Assembly: GCF_009914755.1 (NCBI RefSeq)
Contig: NC_060937.1
Reading direction: 5' to 3' (one strand)
DNA from: the human T2T-CHM13v2.0 reference genome, Homo sapiens
DNA: 64,000 nucleotides
The notes beneath the pieces were generated by a model. That model was not told where the DNA came from, made no database searches, and saw only the letters and a list, made by a program, of their open reading frames with translations. Positions 1 through 13,133 of this stretch are shown here, piece after piece. The translations under genes were made by a program, and so were the position numbers. The stretch's first letter is position 1. The number at the start of each line of letters is the position of its first letter.

Positions 1-689
1 TAATTGTGTAACTAAATCTCTAAAGAATCTTTATTTTTCCATGGAAAGTAGTTCTTTTCATGGTAAGCTATAAAATTTCAAGTGGAAACTACGTATTTCT
101 TCTCTGAATGCTGTTTAATTTTTCCAACAGCAATACTCAGCTAATGTATTTATTTCAAACTATAACTTTTCTTTTTACTCTAAATACGAAAAAGTTGCTT
201 TTTCTTACAAAGAAAAAAAGTAAAAGTCAATGATAGTACAGACCTGTGATTGTCCTCAGTTATATGTTAATGTGTGTGTGTGTGCATGTGTTATAATCAT
301 GAATAAAACAGGGCAGGATCTAACAACCTCTTCCAGTTAGCATGTTAATTTATCATTTTAAAGAAACCTTTTTTTCTGAAATACAATAGTTGACATGAAT
401 CCCATAAGTTTCATTACCTTTTATCTTGCCCTTTTTTGAAAAACAGCTTGCACATCTCCAGCATTGCATAAAATACCCATTTGTAATTATGCTTAACCTT
501 TCCAAAGCCTTTGGGCATAGTCTGCTCATTAATCTTTAACCTGACAAGCCTTGGGGGTTGTAAAATTGGTACCTCTATGTATTAGAGACAGAGACTAGAG
601 ACTAGAGGTACAAAAGGGGTAATTAAGAGGAGGTAAGAAAAGAAATACAACAAAACTAGAGAGACATGACTATATTACGGTAGATGTCA

Positions 690-870
690 ACTAACAGCAG
701 GGACAAAAGAATGCAAATCATTACAGACAGAGTTCAGGAAATAAATGAAGGTATACATTTTTAGAAAAAAAGTTAACCATACCCTGTTGTACTCAAGAAA
801 AAATAACTTGCACCAAATTCATCTAAAATAAAGATTTACAAATATTATCATACAAAATATGGCAAGGACT
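690..870 (+). mobile_element. Highly decayed L1M fragment (start of ORF2/endonuclease region)
   Basis: 'ccataccctgttgtactcaagaaa...aaatattatcatacaaa' resembles the L1 'ccaactatatgctgtctacaaga...aagatataccatgcaaa' segment; weak match. Confidence 0.35.
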
Positions 871-1039
871 CCTCTTGTAGTTTCAACCAAACAAGAGGGC
901 CAATGAGAAAGTACAATCCTATTGATTGTCTTGCAGTGGGGAGAACAGGAACTATTCAGAAGACCACAGGAAGCATATAGGATTCCGAAGTTCAGCGATT
1001 ATTAGCTGTGGGGAGCTGGAGAAGGTAGGTCTCATTGGA

Positions 1040-1590
1040 ATGGCGAGAGTTGAGCAACATATTAAAGGAAATAATGAATTTAGCCATGCAGATGTTTGGA
1101 AGAAGAGTGCTCAAGGTAGAGTGAATAGACAGTACAAGTATCCTAAGGCCAGGCTGTGCTGTCCTGTTTGAGGAACATTTACAAAGCCAGTGTGGCTAGA
1201 GCAGATTGGGTGAGACGGGAGTTTTGTAGAGATGAGCAAAGTGATGTAATGGGGTCAGAACATGTAAGGCACTGCAGGCCATTGTGATGACCTTGTCTTT
1301 GCCCCAAATAAAATGGGGTATTATTTTGGGGTTTTGAGCAGCAGCATGAGACAATCTGACTTATCTTTAAAGAAAACTGTTAGCATTGTTTTTAAGAGAC
1401 AGGTTCTCACTCTGTCACTCACCCTAATCCTCAAACTCTTGACTTCAAGCATTCCTCCTGCCTCAGCCACCAGAATTGCTGGGATAGCAAGTGCAAGGCA
1501 TTATGCCTGGCTTCTTGTTTTTTAGAATAGAATTACAAGAAGGAAAAAGTAAAAGCAGGGAACAAGTTTGGAGACTATCTCAATCATATA
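1040..1590 (-). mobile_element. L2 LINE fragment, interrupted by a FLAM
   Basis: Typical reverse-strand L2 text: 'tgtttgaggaac...gccagtgtggctagagcag', 'ggccattgtgatgacctt', 'ttttgagcag...atctgactta'. Confidence 0.75.
1389..1511 (-). mobile_element. FLAM (free left Alu monomer)
   Basis: T-tract, then 'gagacaggttctcactctgtc...ctcaaactcttgacttcaagcattcctcctgcctcagcc...tgcctggc'; single monomer. Confidence 0.85.
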
Positions 1591-1607
1591 TGCATTGAAG
1601 AAGCTGA

Positions 1608-2136
<529 letters not shown>

Positions 2137-2990
2137 ATGGATTTCTTGATGACCGTGTGGAGCTGATAATTTCACTTCCTCAAACTTGCCCTACTACCTA
2201 TTTAAATTAAGATAAGTAAGAAAAAAAATGAGTAGAAAACAAACATTGAATTTATCCACTCAGATTTGGGCTTTATCTATTACAGTAGTTAGTATTACTC
2301 TAATGCATTGAAGTGGAGTTCTGCTAAATACATAGAATTGGTTTAGCAATTAGGAGACAGGTGGCACAGAGACTGATATCAGAGACTGAGAAGCTTATGG
2401 TTCATGTTATGCAGTTATAAAATATTTGGCAAAACTCTCATGAGATACTTGCAAGGTAAACTAAATACCTCCAAGTCTGTAGCCCTGGAAATGATTAGAT
2501 GGAAATGATTAGAAATAATTAGAAAAACCAAAGTGTTAGGTTATGTTGGCTATGATTGGCTCCTTTTTGCCAGTGTACTTAAAGAGATAAGCGCAAGCAA
2601 GAATTGGGTAGTTTCAGGAAGAAATAGGGGTGAGAGTACCCAGGGGATTTCAGATATCAAAGGCCTGACAGGGGTGGCAAAGCTGTTGCTCTGAAGTTAA
2701 AAGAGTGAGAGATAAGATTAGAAGCAGCTTTGAGAGACAAACACCCACTAAGATTTCTCAGTTGAACCAAGATCCAAACTTGCAGCAAAGATCAGATAAA
2801 AGATGTTATCATCCTATCAATGCCAATTGTTCTAGATGATTTCAAGGTCTCTGACACTGAGTTGAGAAAGTAGAAGGCATGATGGGGAGGGGAGTGATTA
2901 AGAACAAAGAAATAAAATAGAATTTAGAACTATGTCTGGCAAAGAACTTTGGGTGGTTACTAGTAAGTGAAACTGATAGGAATTAAATAG
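2137..2990 (+). mobile_element. Old MaLR: 3' part of an MLT1 LTR followed by MLT1 internal sequence
   Basis: 'tgatgaccgtgtggagctg...ttgccctactacc' and LTR end near 2310, then 'aagtggagttctgct...gttatgcagttataaaatatttggcaaaact', typical of MLT-int 5' end; the 5' part of the LTR probably lies upstream of the Alu (about 1620-1815). Confidence 0.6.
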
Positions 2991-3004
2991 ATAAGAATGT
3001 GGGC

Positions 3005-3317
3005 TTTTTTTGTTTGTTTTTTTTTATTTCTTTTTAGAGAGAGTCACACTCTGTTGCCCAGGCTGGAGTGCAGTAGTGTGATCCAGGCTTACTGCAGCCT
3101 CAACCTACTAGGCTCAAGTGATCCTTCTGCCTCAGTCTCCAGAGTAGCTGGGACTTACAAGTGTGTGCTACCATGCCTGACTAAGAAAACATTGTAGAGA
3201 TGGGGTCTCATACTATGTTGTCCAAGCTGGTCTCAATCAAACTCCTGGCCTTAGGAAATCTTCCCACTTCTGCCTCCCAAAGTGCTGAGATTGCAGGCGT
3301 GAGCAACTGTGCCTAGC
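3005..3317 (-). mobile_element. AluJ SINE
   Basis: 'gcttactgcagcctcaacctactaggctcaagtgatcc' (J-type), diverged dimer. Confidence 0.92.
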
Positions 3318-4249
3318 ATGGTTTGTTTTTTGAGGTACCATGTTGCTAAAGAAACTATAAACCTGGACTAAAAGTGTCTTGAAACCTTTGAATTTTTTTA
3401 ATGACATCTAAACTTTCCCAGAAAGGAAATATTAAAATATCTATTTATATTCATTTTTCATATAAATATGAAATAAAACTTTAATACTATTTAATGTTAA
3501 TCCTAGTATCCTCAAAAGTTCTTAGACAACCAGTCAACTGTCCCACATAGTACCTGAGGGATCTTGTTGGAAGTGGAGAGGTTTTACAATGAAGAGTGAT
3601 TGACATCATTACACTTATTTATTCACTCATTGTATTGCTACCCATTGAAATTTACATGTGACCATATGAGTGGATTTATAAATTATATTTCATTTTAATA
3701 AATTCATCTTACAAATGTTCCTGCAAAGAAAATTTCCAATTGAAATGATATTAATCATACAAGCATAAGAAACCAATGAGAAAATGGCAGAAATACTTTA
3801 GTTTTAGTATGATTTCTTTGTAAGTCGTATTTCAAGATAAATGAAATAATTTTCTCAGAGCTGATAACTGGCCTAAATTTTGAAATTTAAAATGATCAAG
3901 AATGCTTTTGAAAACATGAATTTATATTCACTATTGTATGACCCTTGCCTAATGTGCATATTAAACACTGAGATATTAGCTAATCATAGTAGTATATGCA
4001 TGTAATTATGAATTTGTATATTATTTATAATGAAGAAAGAACAAACATTTTGGAAATTACAACTCGAAATAGCATGTAGAATGTTCATTTTTATTGTTCT
4101 GGTGTTTTTGTCCAACTCATGAAACCACCAGTTAATGTTTATTAGTGAAGATTTCATAGTAGAAATACACCCAAAATCAATGATCTCATAACCACCAAAT
4201 AAAAATTTCCTTTTGGCCAAGTCATAAAATTTCCTGCAAATAACCCCTA

Positions 4250-4650
4250 AGTTAGTGCAATATCAGAAGTACTCCCAAAATATATATTGGCTGAAATGGA
4301 GTAAAGCTGATTTCTTGTTTATGTGTTTGTCCTGGGCAGGAGGCTGCATCTTTTCCATACATTCATTCAGGACTCCCCACTGAAGGAAGTTCTGTCTTGT
4401 TCAACAGTGGTGCTAAGGTTGCTTCTACAGTCCTTCCTATGGAAACTTGCAAGGAGGAAGTGCCTCAATTAGTGGATGTAGAAAAACTGTAGACCTTGAA
4501 GTGGCACATATGTCCACTCACATCCCATTGATTAGAATGCAGCTCATGTGACTACACACTATTGCAAAGGAGTTAAGGAATATAGCCTAGGCGAGAGCCC
4601 AGGAATAAAACGAAATGAGTTCTGGTTAATAGTTGGCACTCTTCATCATA
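4250..4650 (-). mobile_element. Old MLT1 (J/K/L-like) MaLR LTR
   Basis: 'gaagtggcacatatgtccactcacatcccattgattagaa...catgtgactacacactattgcaaaggag' matches the reverse MLT1 core. Confidence 0.7.
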
Positions 4651-6084
4651 AAATCTATTTTTGGCTTGTATAGATGAATATAATAAAAATTAATCACTGA
4701 GTATAGGAAGCTGGACCTGATCAAAAGGAGGAGCTACTGTGTAGATCAGGTATTTCATGTGATGGATTGTATGCCTTCATTCAAGCATAAAGAGACTGTT
4801 AGAAACTCAAATCTCAAAGATATAACTTGTCTATACCAAGTCCATTGAAAAAATCCAGAAGAACCAAGGTATTCAAATATACAAACATATAGCTATTGCT
4901 TTCATTTATCCTCAGAGATAAGCTTGCAACTTCCAGTAAGTTATAAAGGGAAAGAATTTAATCTTGTAATTCCAACCACATCACTAAGTTTGGATTATCT
5001 TGCAGTGTAGAGAAACTGTTTTGAATTTCTCTAGCACTATGTATACAGGATCTATGTCTTAAAACAATCTCTCACAGTTAACGGGACCAGGTAAAGAACG
5101 TTTAACACACCTTGCAGTCAACAAAGGTGTTTCATACACACTGAAGATCTTTTGAATAATTTGCTTTCTTAGACAATGGCAAGAGATAAAAAAAATTCTA
5201 GAGTAATGCATATTACAACTTGCTTTTTCTCAAAGTTGACAACTATAGATTCAATTTGAATGAAATGTTTTAAAATGGTAGCATCATTGACTATGTGACA
5301 AAGATTTTGCTAAGTTATAGCTTTGAAGAAGTACAATGTGGAACGTGAAAGTGTTCAAATCTCAACATTCAATTTTTCTATCACTTTGAACACCTAGTAA
5401 CCGGTGTCTAAAAATGCTAACAAATTTGAAACATCAAGGTCAAGCCTGCATGATCTTTCTTGTACTTTTCTGTTATAAAAATGACCCCATCTATTATGAG
5501 AGAAAAAAAAATTCTCATTGAGAAAAAGAACTCAGGAAATAAAAGACACCTTGAGATAGTCTTAGTTATTAACTACCATAGAGATATCTCCAATCACGAG
5601 TGTATATAAAAATTCCAGCGTCATATTTTTTATTTCCTTGTAACAAGTTCAGCCTCTTAACACATTGTATAAATGCCGGTTTATCAGGAGACATGTAAAA
5701 TGCACATATGTAGACATATATAAATAAGGACCTTCTAAATTCTTCAGTGTTTCAGATTTTAAAAGTACTTGAAAATATAAGAAATAAATTTTTGTGATGT
5801 AACTAAGAAATTTTAAAACTGTGTAACATAACCACTAAATATAAATAAAACTATTCCTATGAAGAGATCTAAAAGAAGCAATACTCTAAAGAAATTTCAT
5901 TTAGGATTTTTTTTCCTAGTTCACCTGTATTTCCTATCCTCTTTTTGAATAACAATATGTTAAAGTTTATGTTTTCTATAAGTGCCAGCATTCTTTTGTC
6001 ACTGAATTGTAATGTTTTGGTTTATGGACAGAACAACTTGTCTTTGGTCAGTCAGGATGTTTTATTGTTTATGGCATAGATGAT

Positions 6085-6210
6085 CTGTAATGAGTACTAG
6101 TTTATCCTCTAGTTCTGTAATTTAGAGCAAATAATTTACCTTCATTATCTTTATTTCCATATATTAACTAAGAATAACAATAACAAACTTAGAGTAATAT
6201 TGCCAATGTG
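6085..6210 (+). mobile_element. MIR fragment (continues briefly after the MLT1 insertion)
   Basis: 'tagttctgtaatttagagcaaataatttaccttc...tttccatatattaact...ataacaata' decayed MIR core. Confidence 0.45.
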
Positions 6211-6216
6211 GAACAA

Positions 6217-6581
6217 TAATTAGTTTGCTAGGGCTCCCATAACAAAATACCACAGACTGGGTGACTTAAACAGAAATATATTTTTTCACAATTCCAGTGC
6301 CTAGAAGTCCATGATCAAGATGCTGGCTGGTTGATTTCTCCTGAGGCCTCTTTTCTTGGCTTGCAGATGGCCACCTTCTTGCTGTGTCTTTACATGGTCT
6401 TTCCTACGTTGCATATCCCTGTCATCTCTCTCCTTTTGACACCAGTCCTGTTGAATTAGGGCTGTGCCCTTATGGCTTTATTTAACCTCAATTGCCCTTT
6501 TAAAGGCTGTATCTTCAAATACACATTACAGATTAAGGAGTCAACATGTGAAGTTCAGTAGAACACAATTTAATCCATAAC
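6217..6581 (-). mobile_element. MLT1A/B-type MaLR solo LTR
   Basis: 'ttagtttgctagggctcccataacaaaataccacagactgggtgacttaaacagaaat...caatttaatccataac'. Confidence 0.9.
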
Positions 6582-7789
6582 GGACAATTTAATGCCTTAT
6601 AACTTTTTTGTGAATTATAAAGCAAATTATTTTGTTAGTTTTGTTTTTGTTTAACACAGCTAGGTTGTTCTGATATTGTCAATCAAATTGAATTAATTCT
6701 AAAACAGTTATTTATCCACAGCAGCACGTGGATTGAAATGGGTGGTAATAACCAAAACCACATACACTATCTAGTGATCCTTGTTTCTGGCAGTCATTCT
6801 CATTTGGCAACATTTTTAATGAGATATGTCTATGTCAGTAGTCAGTAAACAACCATTTATTTGGATATACCCTGAGAGCCAAAAGGTAGCTTCCTAAATG
6901 AAATGGTGGCTTTTCTGTACAATATTTAAAACTAGAAATGCTTGCTTTTAGCCCTGAAGCCAAACACATGTTTGCTTAGTAAGTGTGAGAAATCCTGCTA
7001 ACCATGCCCAGAGACCAGCCTGTATGCACAATAAACTTATAAATTTTCATTTATTTTTATTATGGCATCTTAGATGGTCTTGTAGAAAAGGTTCAAAATT
7101 AGTTTTGTCTTAAAGACAAAAATCAAACTCAGTTAAGCTGGGCTTATGAAAGCACTAACACTATACTTGCTTGTTATAATCTGCCTTATATGGAAGACAG
7201 GCAACAATTTTTAGCTTGCTTTGTACTACATTCAGCCTAGCAGCTTGTGCAATTAAGCATATGCGAAGTGTCTAGAATGATGAAGGTGATAATGATCTGT
7301 CATGATTATATATTTCCACTGACCTCTGAGCCTCCCTTAAAATGGCCTTTGTGAATATCCATTAATTCCATATGACTCAGAAAATTTTGTCTCCTTCACT
7401 CCATTGGGTATATTGTTTCCATTAAAAGTCACATATGTTTATTGTTCTGTTTATAGGTTAAAATCATTTTTTATTTCATCGCTTTGTCACATCACACATA
7501 TCAATATATAATATCTGCTTTCATTTATGAAAATTGAATGTTCATCTCACTGGGACATCACTATCAAACTCTGTATGCCTCATTCTTTTTACATAAAATG
7601 TGCACAGTCACTGTGGATAATTTAATATAAAGTACACACATGCCATCTTGTAAGATGTTAAATCATCTCAAAATTAAGGACAATATACCAACAAACTCAA
7701 CTGAAGATGGAGCTGAACATTAGACAACGAAGATTTTGATATGTAAAGGGATGCTTATTGACCAAATCTTCCTGCCTTTATTTTCAATT

Positions 7790-8006
7790 GTACTGTACTA
7801 ACTGAAAAATGCACTTTTTCTTCATAGTACTTTTCACAAATGTAGTTAGTCGTATTATTTATTTAGAAGCTTTCTTCTGCACTCAATTACATGGTCCAAA
7901 ATGGGAAGAATTTGTCTTGTTCATTTTTTTTTAATCCCAAGTACTTGCCATAGTGTCTGACCCATATTAGGTGCTCAGTAACTATATACTGAATAAGTGA
8001 ATGAAT
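7790..8006 (+). mobile_element. L2 3' end
   Basis: 'ttgtcttgttca...catagtgtctgacccatattaggtgctcagtaactatatactgaataagtgaatgaat' L2 terminus. Confidence 0.75.
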
Positions 8007-8079
8007 TATTAGATGAACTATAGAACACAGATTCCATGATTCATATTTAAAATATAATTCTAACTTCTTATTCCAGGTC

Positions 8080-8280
8080 CAGTGGTTCTCAGCTGTAGGG
8101 TGATTTTGTTCCTCAAGGCAAATTTGGCAATACATGGAGACAGTTTTAGTTGTCAAAACTAGGGGCACGTGCTGCTTGCATATAGTGGCTAGAAATTCTG
8201 CTAAGCACCCTGCAGTGCCCAGGGTCAGCCACCCACAACAAAGACTTTCTGACCCAATAGCCCAGGTTAAGAAACACCTG
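8080..8280. mobile_element. MER20 (hAT-Charlie MITE)
   Basis: 'cagtggttctc...gggtgattttg...atttggcaatacatggagacagttttagttgtca...ttaagaaacacctg'. Confidence 0.88.
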
Positions 8281-8329
8281 ATAACCCAATTGGTCAGGCT
8301 ATTCCTTCAACCATATCCCTAGCCTATTT

Positions 8330-8612
8330 CCCTTTCATTTACTAAACTCCAGCTATCCACATGGTGTTCTTCTTGGACATTTTTTTTCCTCCTCATCCTT
8401 TATGTGGCTAATTACACTCATTTTTGGGGTTTCAGTTTAGCTCTATCAACCATGATGCTAATTTCTATCCTGAATTCTCATGTTTATTTCCCACAATATT
8501 AAAATCTATAATTGTATATGTATATATATATATATAATTTTTGCGTGTTCTATTAGACTCTATACTCAGGAGGATCTGGAGTCTGCTTAGCCTAATTGTA
8601 GCAAATAAATGC
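8330..8612 (+). mobile_element. L2 fragment
   Basis: Pyrimidine-rich L2-like text 'tggctaattacactcattttt...ttcagtttag' ending 'aaatgctcaaaaat'. Confidence 0.45.
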
Positions 8613-8669
8613 TCAAAAATTTAAGAAACAAAAAAAATCAGTGTTGTTGGATATAGTGATTTGTATATG

Positions 8670-9830
8670 GGAGACTTGTGCAAGGTGATGTGAGATAAAT
8701 AGGTAGGGCTCTTTAGATCATAGTATATTATTTGGAACTTATCCTAAGTGCAGTAAGGAAATAAATTATTTCCAAAGAGAAGTCAAAAGATTTGATTTTT
8801 TTTTAAGATCATTCTGGCAACTATGGAGAAATTGAATTAGAATGAGAAAACTTAGAAGCAGGATAACTAGTGTAGAAGCTGTAACAGTAGTCTATATGGT
8901 GATGGTGGCTTGGATCATTAATGCTAAAAGTGAATATAGCAAGAACTGCATGAATTTCAGGTACATTAGGAAGTAAAAAGATGCTGATGAATTAGATGTG
9001 GATGAGAAAGACATAGAATTATCAAGGATTATTTCTTAGATTTTAATGTAAGCAAAAGGTAGGAATCAATTCTAGGTCCTGACTTGGAGGAGACTAAAGT
9101 AGAAAGAGGTTTTAAAAAAATAATCAACAGTATCATCTTGGCCATATTATGTTTGAGATGCTTTTATAACAATGAAGAGGAATATCTGAATATTGGATAC
9201 CTGAAGTTTAAAAACGAAAAAGTATTTGGATATGTAAATTTGGACTTTATCAGCATATAAATACATGCTATTCAAAACTTACACCTACATTAGATTCTTT
9301 ACAGAGTCAGTGAAGCTACAGAAATGTCATGAACCAGCATTGAAACCTGTGACACATTAACATTTAGAAGAAGAGTGGAATAAGAGCTGCAAATATCAGA
9401 GCCTGAAAGAGTGGCCAGTTAAGAGAACCAAAATTCATGGAAATCCACAAAGGAGAATATTTCCAGGACAGAGTAGCTACCTGGGTTGAATGCACTCTAA
9501 GGTTGAGTAAGATGAGCCTAAAGCAGGATCCTTCATATTGCAAAAACTGGTATGACTTAATATTTATGGAATTATGCTAACAAATGGGGGTAAAGGCCAA
9601 ATGGAAGTAGTTTAACATTGTAAATGGTTAATCATGGTAGTTACTTGAGTGAAAATAGACTTTCTAAATATCTCTTTTGAGAATTTTGATGTAGGACAGT
9701 AGCTATAGAGAGGAATGTGATGTCCAGTGAGGGTTTCATGGAAGATTCAGGAAAATGTTTGAATGCTGATGGAAATATATCATAGGGGAAGGAAACTTAA
9801 AGTGCAAGAGAGAAAGAAGGTAGCAGAATA
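8670..9830 (-). mobile_element. L2 LINE, long decayed fragment (resumes at about 10390-10530)
   Basis: 'aagatcattctggcaactatggagaa', 'gatggtggcttgga', 'gtttgagatgc', 'tttggactttatcagcatata' are reverse-L2 landmarks in the correct order. Confidence 0.8.
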
Positions 9831-10390
9831 TTCTAGTTATAAATATTTTGTCTCTCAATTTCAAACCTATTCTTCTCTGTTCTGCTCTGTGATGGAGGAT
9901 AAGCACACAGCAAACTATACTTCTCATCTGCCTGCTGGTTTCCTGCCAGTTTCTACAAGGTGAAGGCTTCAGAGGGAGCCTAGAAGTAGAAAAGAAGAAA
10001 TAAGAAATTTTCTTCTTTGTGTTTGCTTGTTACTTCCTTCAATGTCATTCCAGCATCCCCTGGTTCCAATTTCTAGCTTCTTGCCATACCCTGAGAACCA
10101 ACCCCACTGCAACCCTCAGAGGTAGAAACTTTTCTTGGAGCTCAACAGCTGGGAAGTGTCCCCTCCTCAGTGAGCCAGTTTTCAGCTTCCCAAGGCTTTT
10201 CTTCCAGGTTCTAATAACCTCAACCTCTTTCTTTTGTTCTTCAACTCTAGAGACGTTGCCTCCTATCATCTTTACTTGTGTATTTACTTTTGGCTCCTCA
10301 GTCCCTCCAACACCTATGTAACTGATTCACTAAAAGAAATAAATTCTGTCTGTTGAAGTAGAGTAGTTTTGAATTTTCTGCAGGACAGGT
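9830..10390 (+). mobile_element. LTR33-like ERVL LTR inserted in L2
   Basis: 'ctagttataaatattttgtctctcaatttcaaacctattcttctctgttctgctctgtgat' resembles the LTR33 5' end; 3' end 'tgtaactgattc...ataaattctgtctgttgaa'. Confidence 0.65.
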
Positions 10391-10853
10391 TTTGTTTAGG
10401 AATAAGGATTTTGTCACAATTTGGTCAGGTGAGAAAATGGCTATAGCTGCAGGATGGCATACACGCAGCAAGGTCATCAGCTGAAAGTGAGAAAGAGGAA
10501 GATAGGGGAGGGACATTCAGAAATTTGAAAGGAGAGAAGGCTCAGGTTGAAAGACATTGGGGAAAACTCTAGAAGGCTGCCAGCCAGTAGTCTGTACCTC
10601 TAGGCTTGGAATAATTTTTTTTTTTTTAATAAAGAAACTGATCCACTCTTTGAGACTGTTTCCTTTGGGCTGTTCCTCAGTCCACAGTATGTTGGGGTCA
10701 AGCCATGAAGGGCCAGGCCATGAATAACTATACTAAGGAATTTTAAATATATACTGGAAGCCCTAAGCCAGCCACATGATACACACATGACCATTCCCAA
10801 ATTTTGCTCATAGTTCATTGCACCATGTCCTAATAGGCTTTTATAATGCAGTA

Positions 10854-11062
10854 CAGTAAGTCCTTACTTAATGCCATCAATAGGTTCTTGGAAACTGAAA
10901 CTTTAAGTGAAACAGTATACTGCAGGTCCTTGAATAATTGTTTAGTTCACTGTTTGGTTACAATGGGAATAAGAAAAAAAAACTGATTCCATTATATGCT
11001 GTTTTGCTTAAAGTCACAATTTCACAGAACCAATTATTGATGTTAAGTGAGGTCTTACTCTG
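10854..11062. mobile_element. Tigger-family (TcMar) MITE, MER82-like
   Basis: Imperfect TIRs of about 60 bp: 'cagtaagtccttacttaatgccatcaataggttcttggaaactgaaactttaag' versus 'cttaaagtcacaatttcacagaaccaattattgatgttaagtgaggtcttactctg'; TA on both flanks. Confidence 0.8.
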
Positions 11063-11102
11063 TATTAGGCATCCACAAACAAAATCAATCTTCATTGGCA
11101 TA

Positions 11103-11496
11103 TATATTAGCCAGGTCATGCTGCAATAGCAAAATCCCATAGGTTGGATGACTTAAAGAGAAACATTTTCTCACAGTCTGGAGGCTAAGATGCCGGGGGA
11201 TTTTATTTCTGGTGAGGGCTCTCTTCCTGACTTGCAGACAGCTGCCTTCTTATTGTGGCCTCATATGACCTTTCCTTGGTGCTTCTGTGCAGGGTTTGGG
11301 TGGGAGAAGGGGAACAGAGAGATTGAGCACTCTGTTGCCTCTTTTAAAGACACTGATCCTGTAGAATCAGGGTCCTGCCTTTATTACCTCATTTAACCTT
11401 AATTATTTCCTTAGTGGTTCTATCCCCAAGTATAGAAACACTAGGGTTTAAGATTTCAACATATGAATTCAGGGGTGACACATTCAGCCCATAACA
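11103..11496 (-). mobile_element. MLT1A/B-type MaLR solo LTR
   Basis: 'tttctcacagtctggaggctaag...tctggtgagggctctcttcctgacttgcagacagctgccttct...cacattcagcccataaca'. Confidence 0.9.
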
Positions 11497-11711
11497 TGTA
11501 AGTTGGAAATTATTTACCATTTCTTAAATAGGCAATTTTAAACTGAGAGGTGACTTACTATAGTATGGAACATGAATTAGATGAAAGGTTAAAATAGAAA
11601 CAAACTACTTAGAAGGCAATAGTCAACAGCAACAATTATGAAAGTCCTGAATTAAGGTATCATAAAGAAGAAAACACATTGATTTTCCCAAACTTTGATT
11701 TTTTTAAATTA

Positions 11712-12188
<477 letters not shown>

Positions 12189-12269
12189 CGCCAATTCATT
12201 TTATAATTCATCACTGACTATACTTAGAAGGAAATAAACCATAAAGTAACATGTCTAGTTTGTACTTCT

Positions 12270-12388
12270 ATTTGTTTAATTTTTTAGAAACAGGATCCCT
12301 TTATGTTGCTCAGGAACTCCTGGGCTCAAGCTATCCTCTTGCCTCAGCCTCAGGAGTAGCTGAGACTAAAGATGCCACCATACCCAGC
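12270..12388 (-). mobile_element. FLAM monomer
   Basis: 'tagaaacaggatccctttatgttgctcagg-aactcctgggctcaagctatcctcttgcctcagcc...atacccagc'; TSD-like agtaa(ca)tgtctagttt / agtaagtccagttt. Confidence 0.82.
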
Positions 12389-12904
12389 AGTAAGTCCAGT
12401 TTTTGAAGTGGCATCCTTGCAGAAAGGAATAAATGAAGAGCTAGTCCTATTCTAGTGGATAGGAATAGAAATTGAATTTCTATGAAAGTTTAGAGGAGTA
12501 ATATGTAGCATTTCCCAAACTTTTTGGACAAGGGAATCTTTTGTTTTTGTCCATGTCATAAAACTAGTATTTCATGGAACTGCAACTTTGCAAAATGTTG
12601 GTTTAGAGGAAGTCTGACAGAATATGTCCTCATATAATGGTCTTGATGTATAAATTTTACTCAAGCCCAAGGATGAAGTCTTCAGGAAATAAAATCTTAT
12701 TAATGAAATATATATGGCACAGAAATGGCAACAAAATTCCCATTTATTGGCAGTAGGAACTCAGTCACATATGCTAAAATGTAGCATTTCAGGGCAGTCA
12801 TTCTCTGCCATGTGTGTGGCTTGAAGCTACATATACTATAAAAGAATCTCATTTTTTTATGGGAACCACTGTCACAGGGGCCATGTAAATTGCTTATTAT
12901 AGTA

Positions 12905-13133
12905 ATTTATAAATAGTTTTGAGCACTATCTAAATGCCTGGCATTTCTCTAATTGTGTTGTATCTGCTTAATTCTCCCCCAAAATTCTATGAGGTAGCCA
13001 TTAGTATTAGGCCCATTTTACAGAACTGGAAACAGTCACAAGGAGGTAAGTAACTTATACAAGTCACACAGGTAGTAAGTGGTAGAGCCAGGTTATGAGT
13101 ACAGATAACTGTCTTCAGAGGCAACATAACTTC
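12905..13133 (-). mobile_element. MIR SINE
   Basis: 'ctatgaggtag...cccattttacagaactggaaacagtcacaaggaggtaagtaactt...agtcacacaggtagtaagtggtagagccagg'. Confidence 0.9.

Noticed and set aside
5060-5150. Minus-strand peptide ...LPGPVNCERLF resembling the hAT dimerisation motif (xERxFS)
   Set aside because: Only about 5 residues match, a stop follows immediately, and no other transposase motifs or TIRs were found
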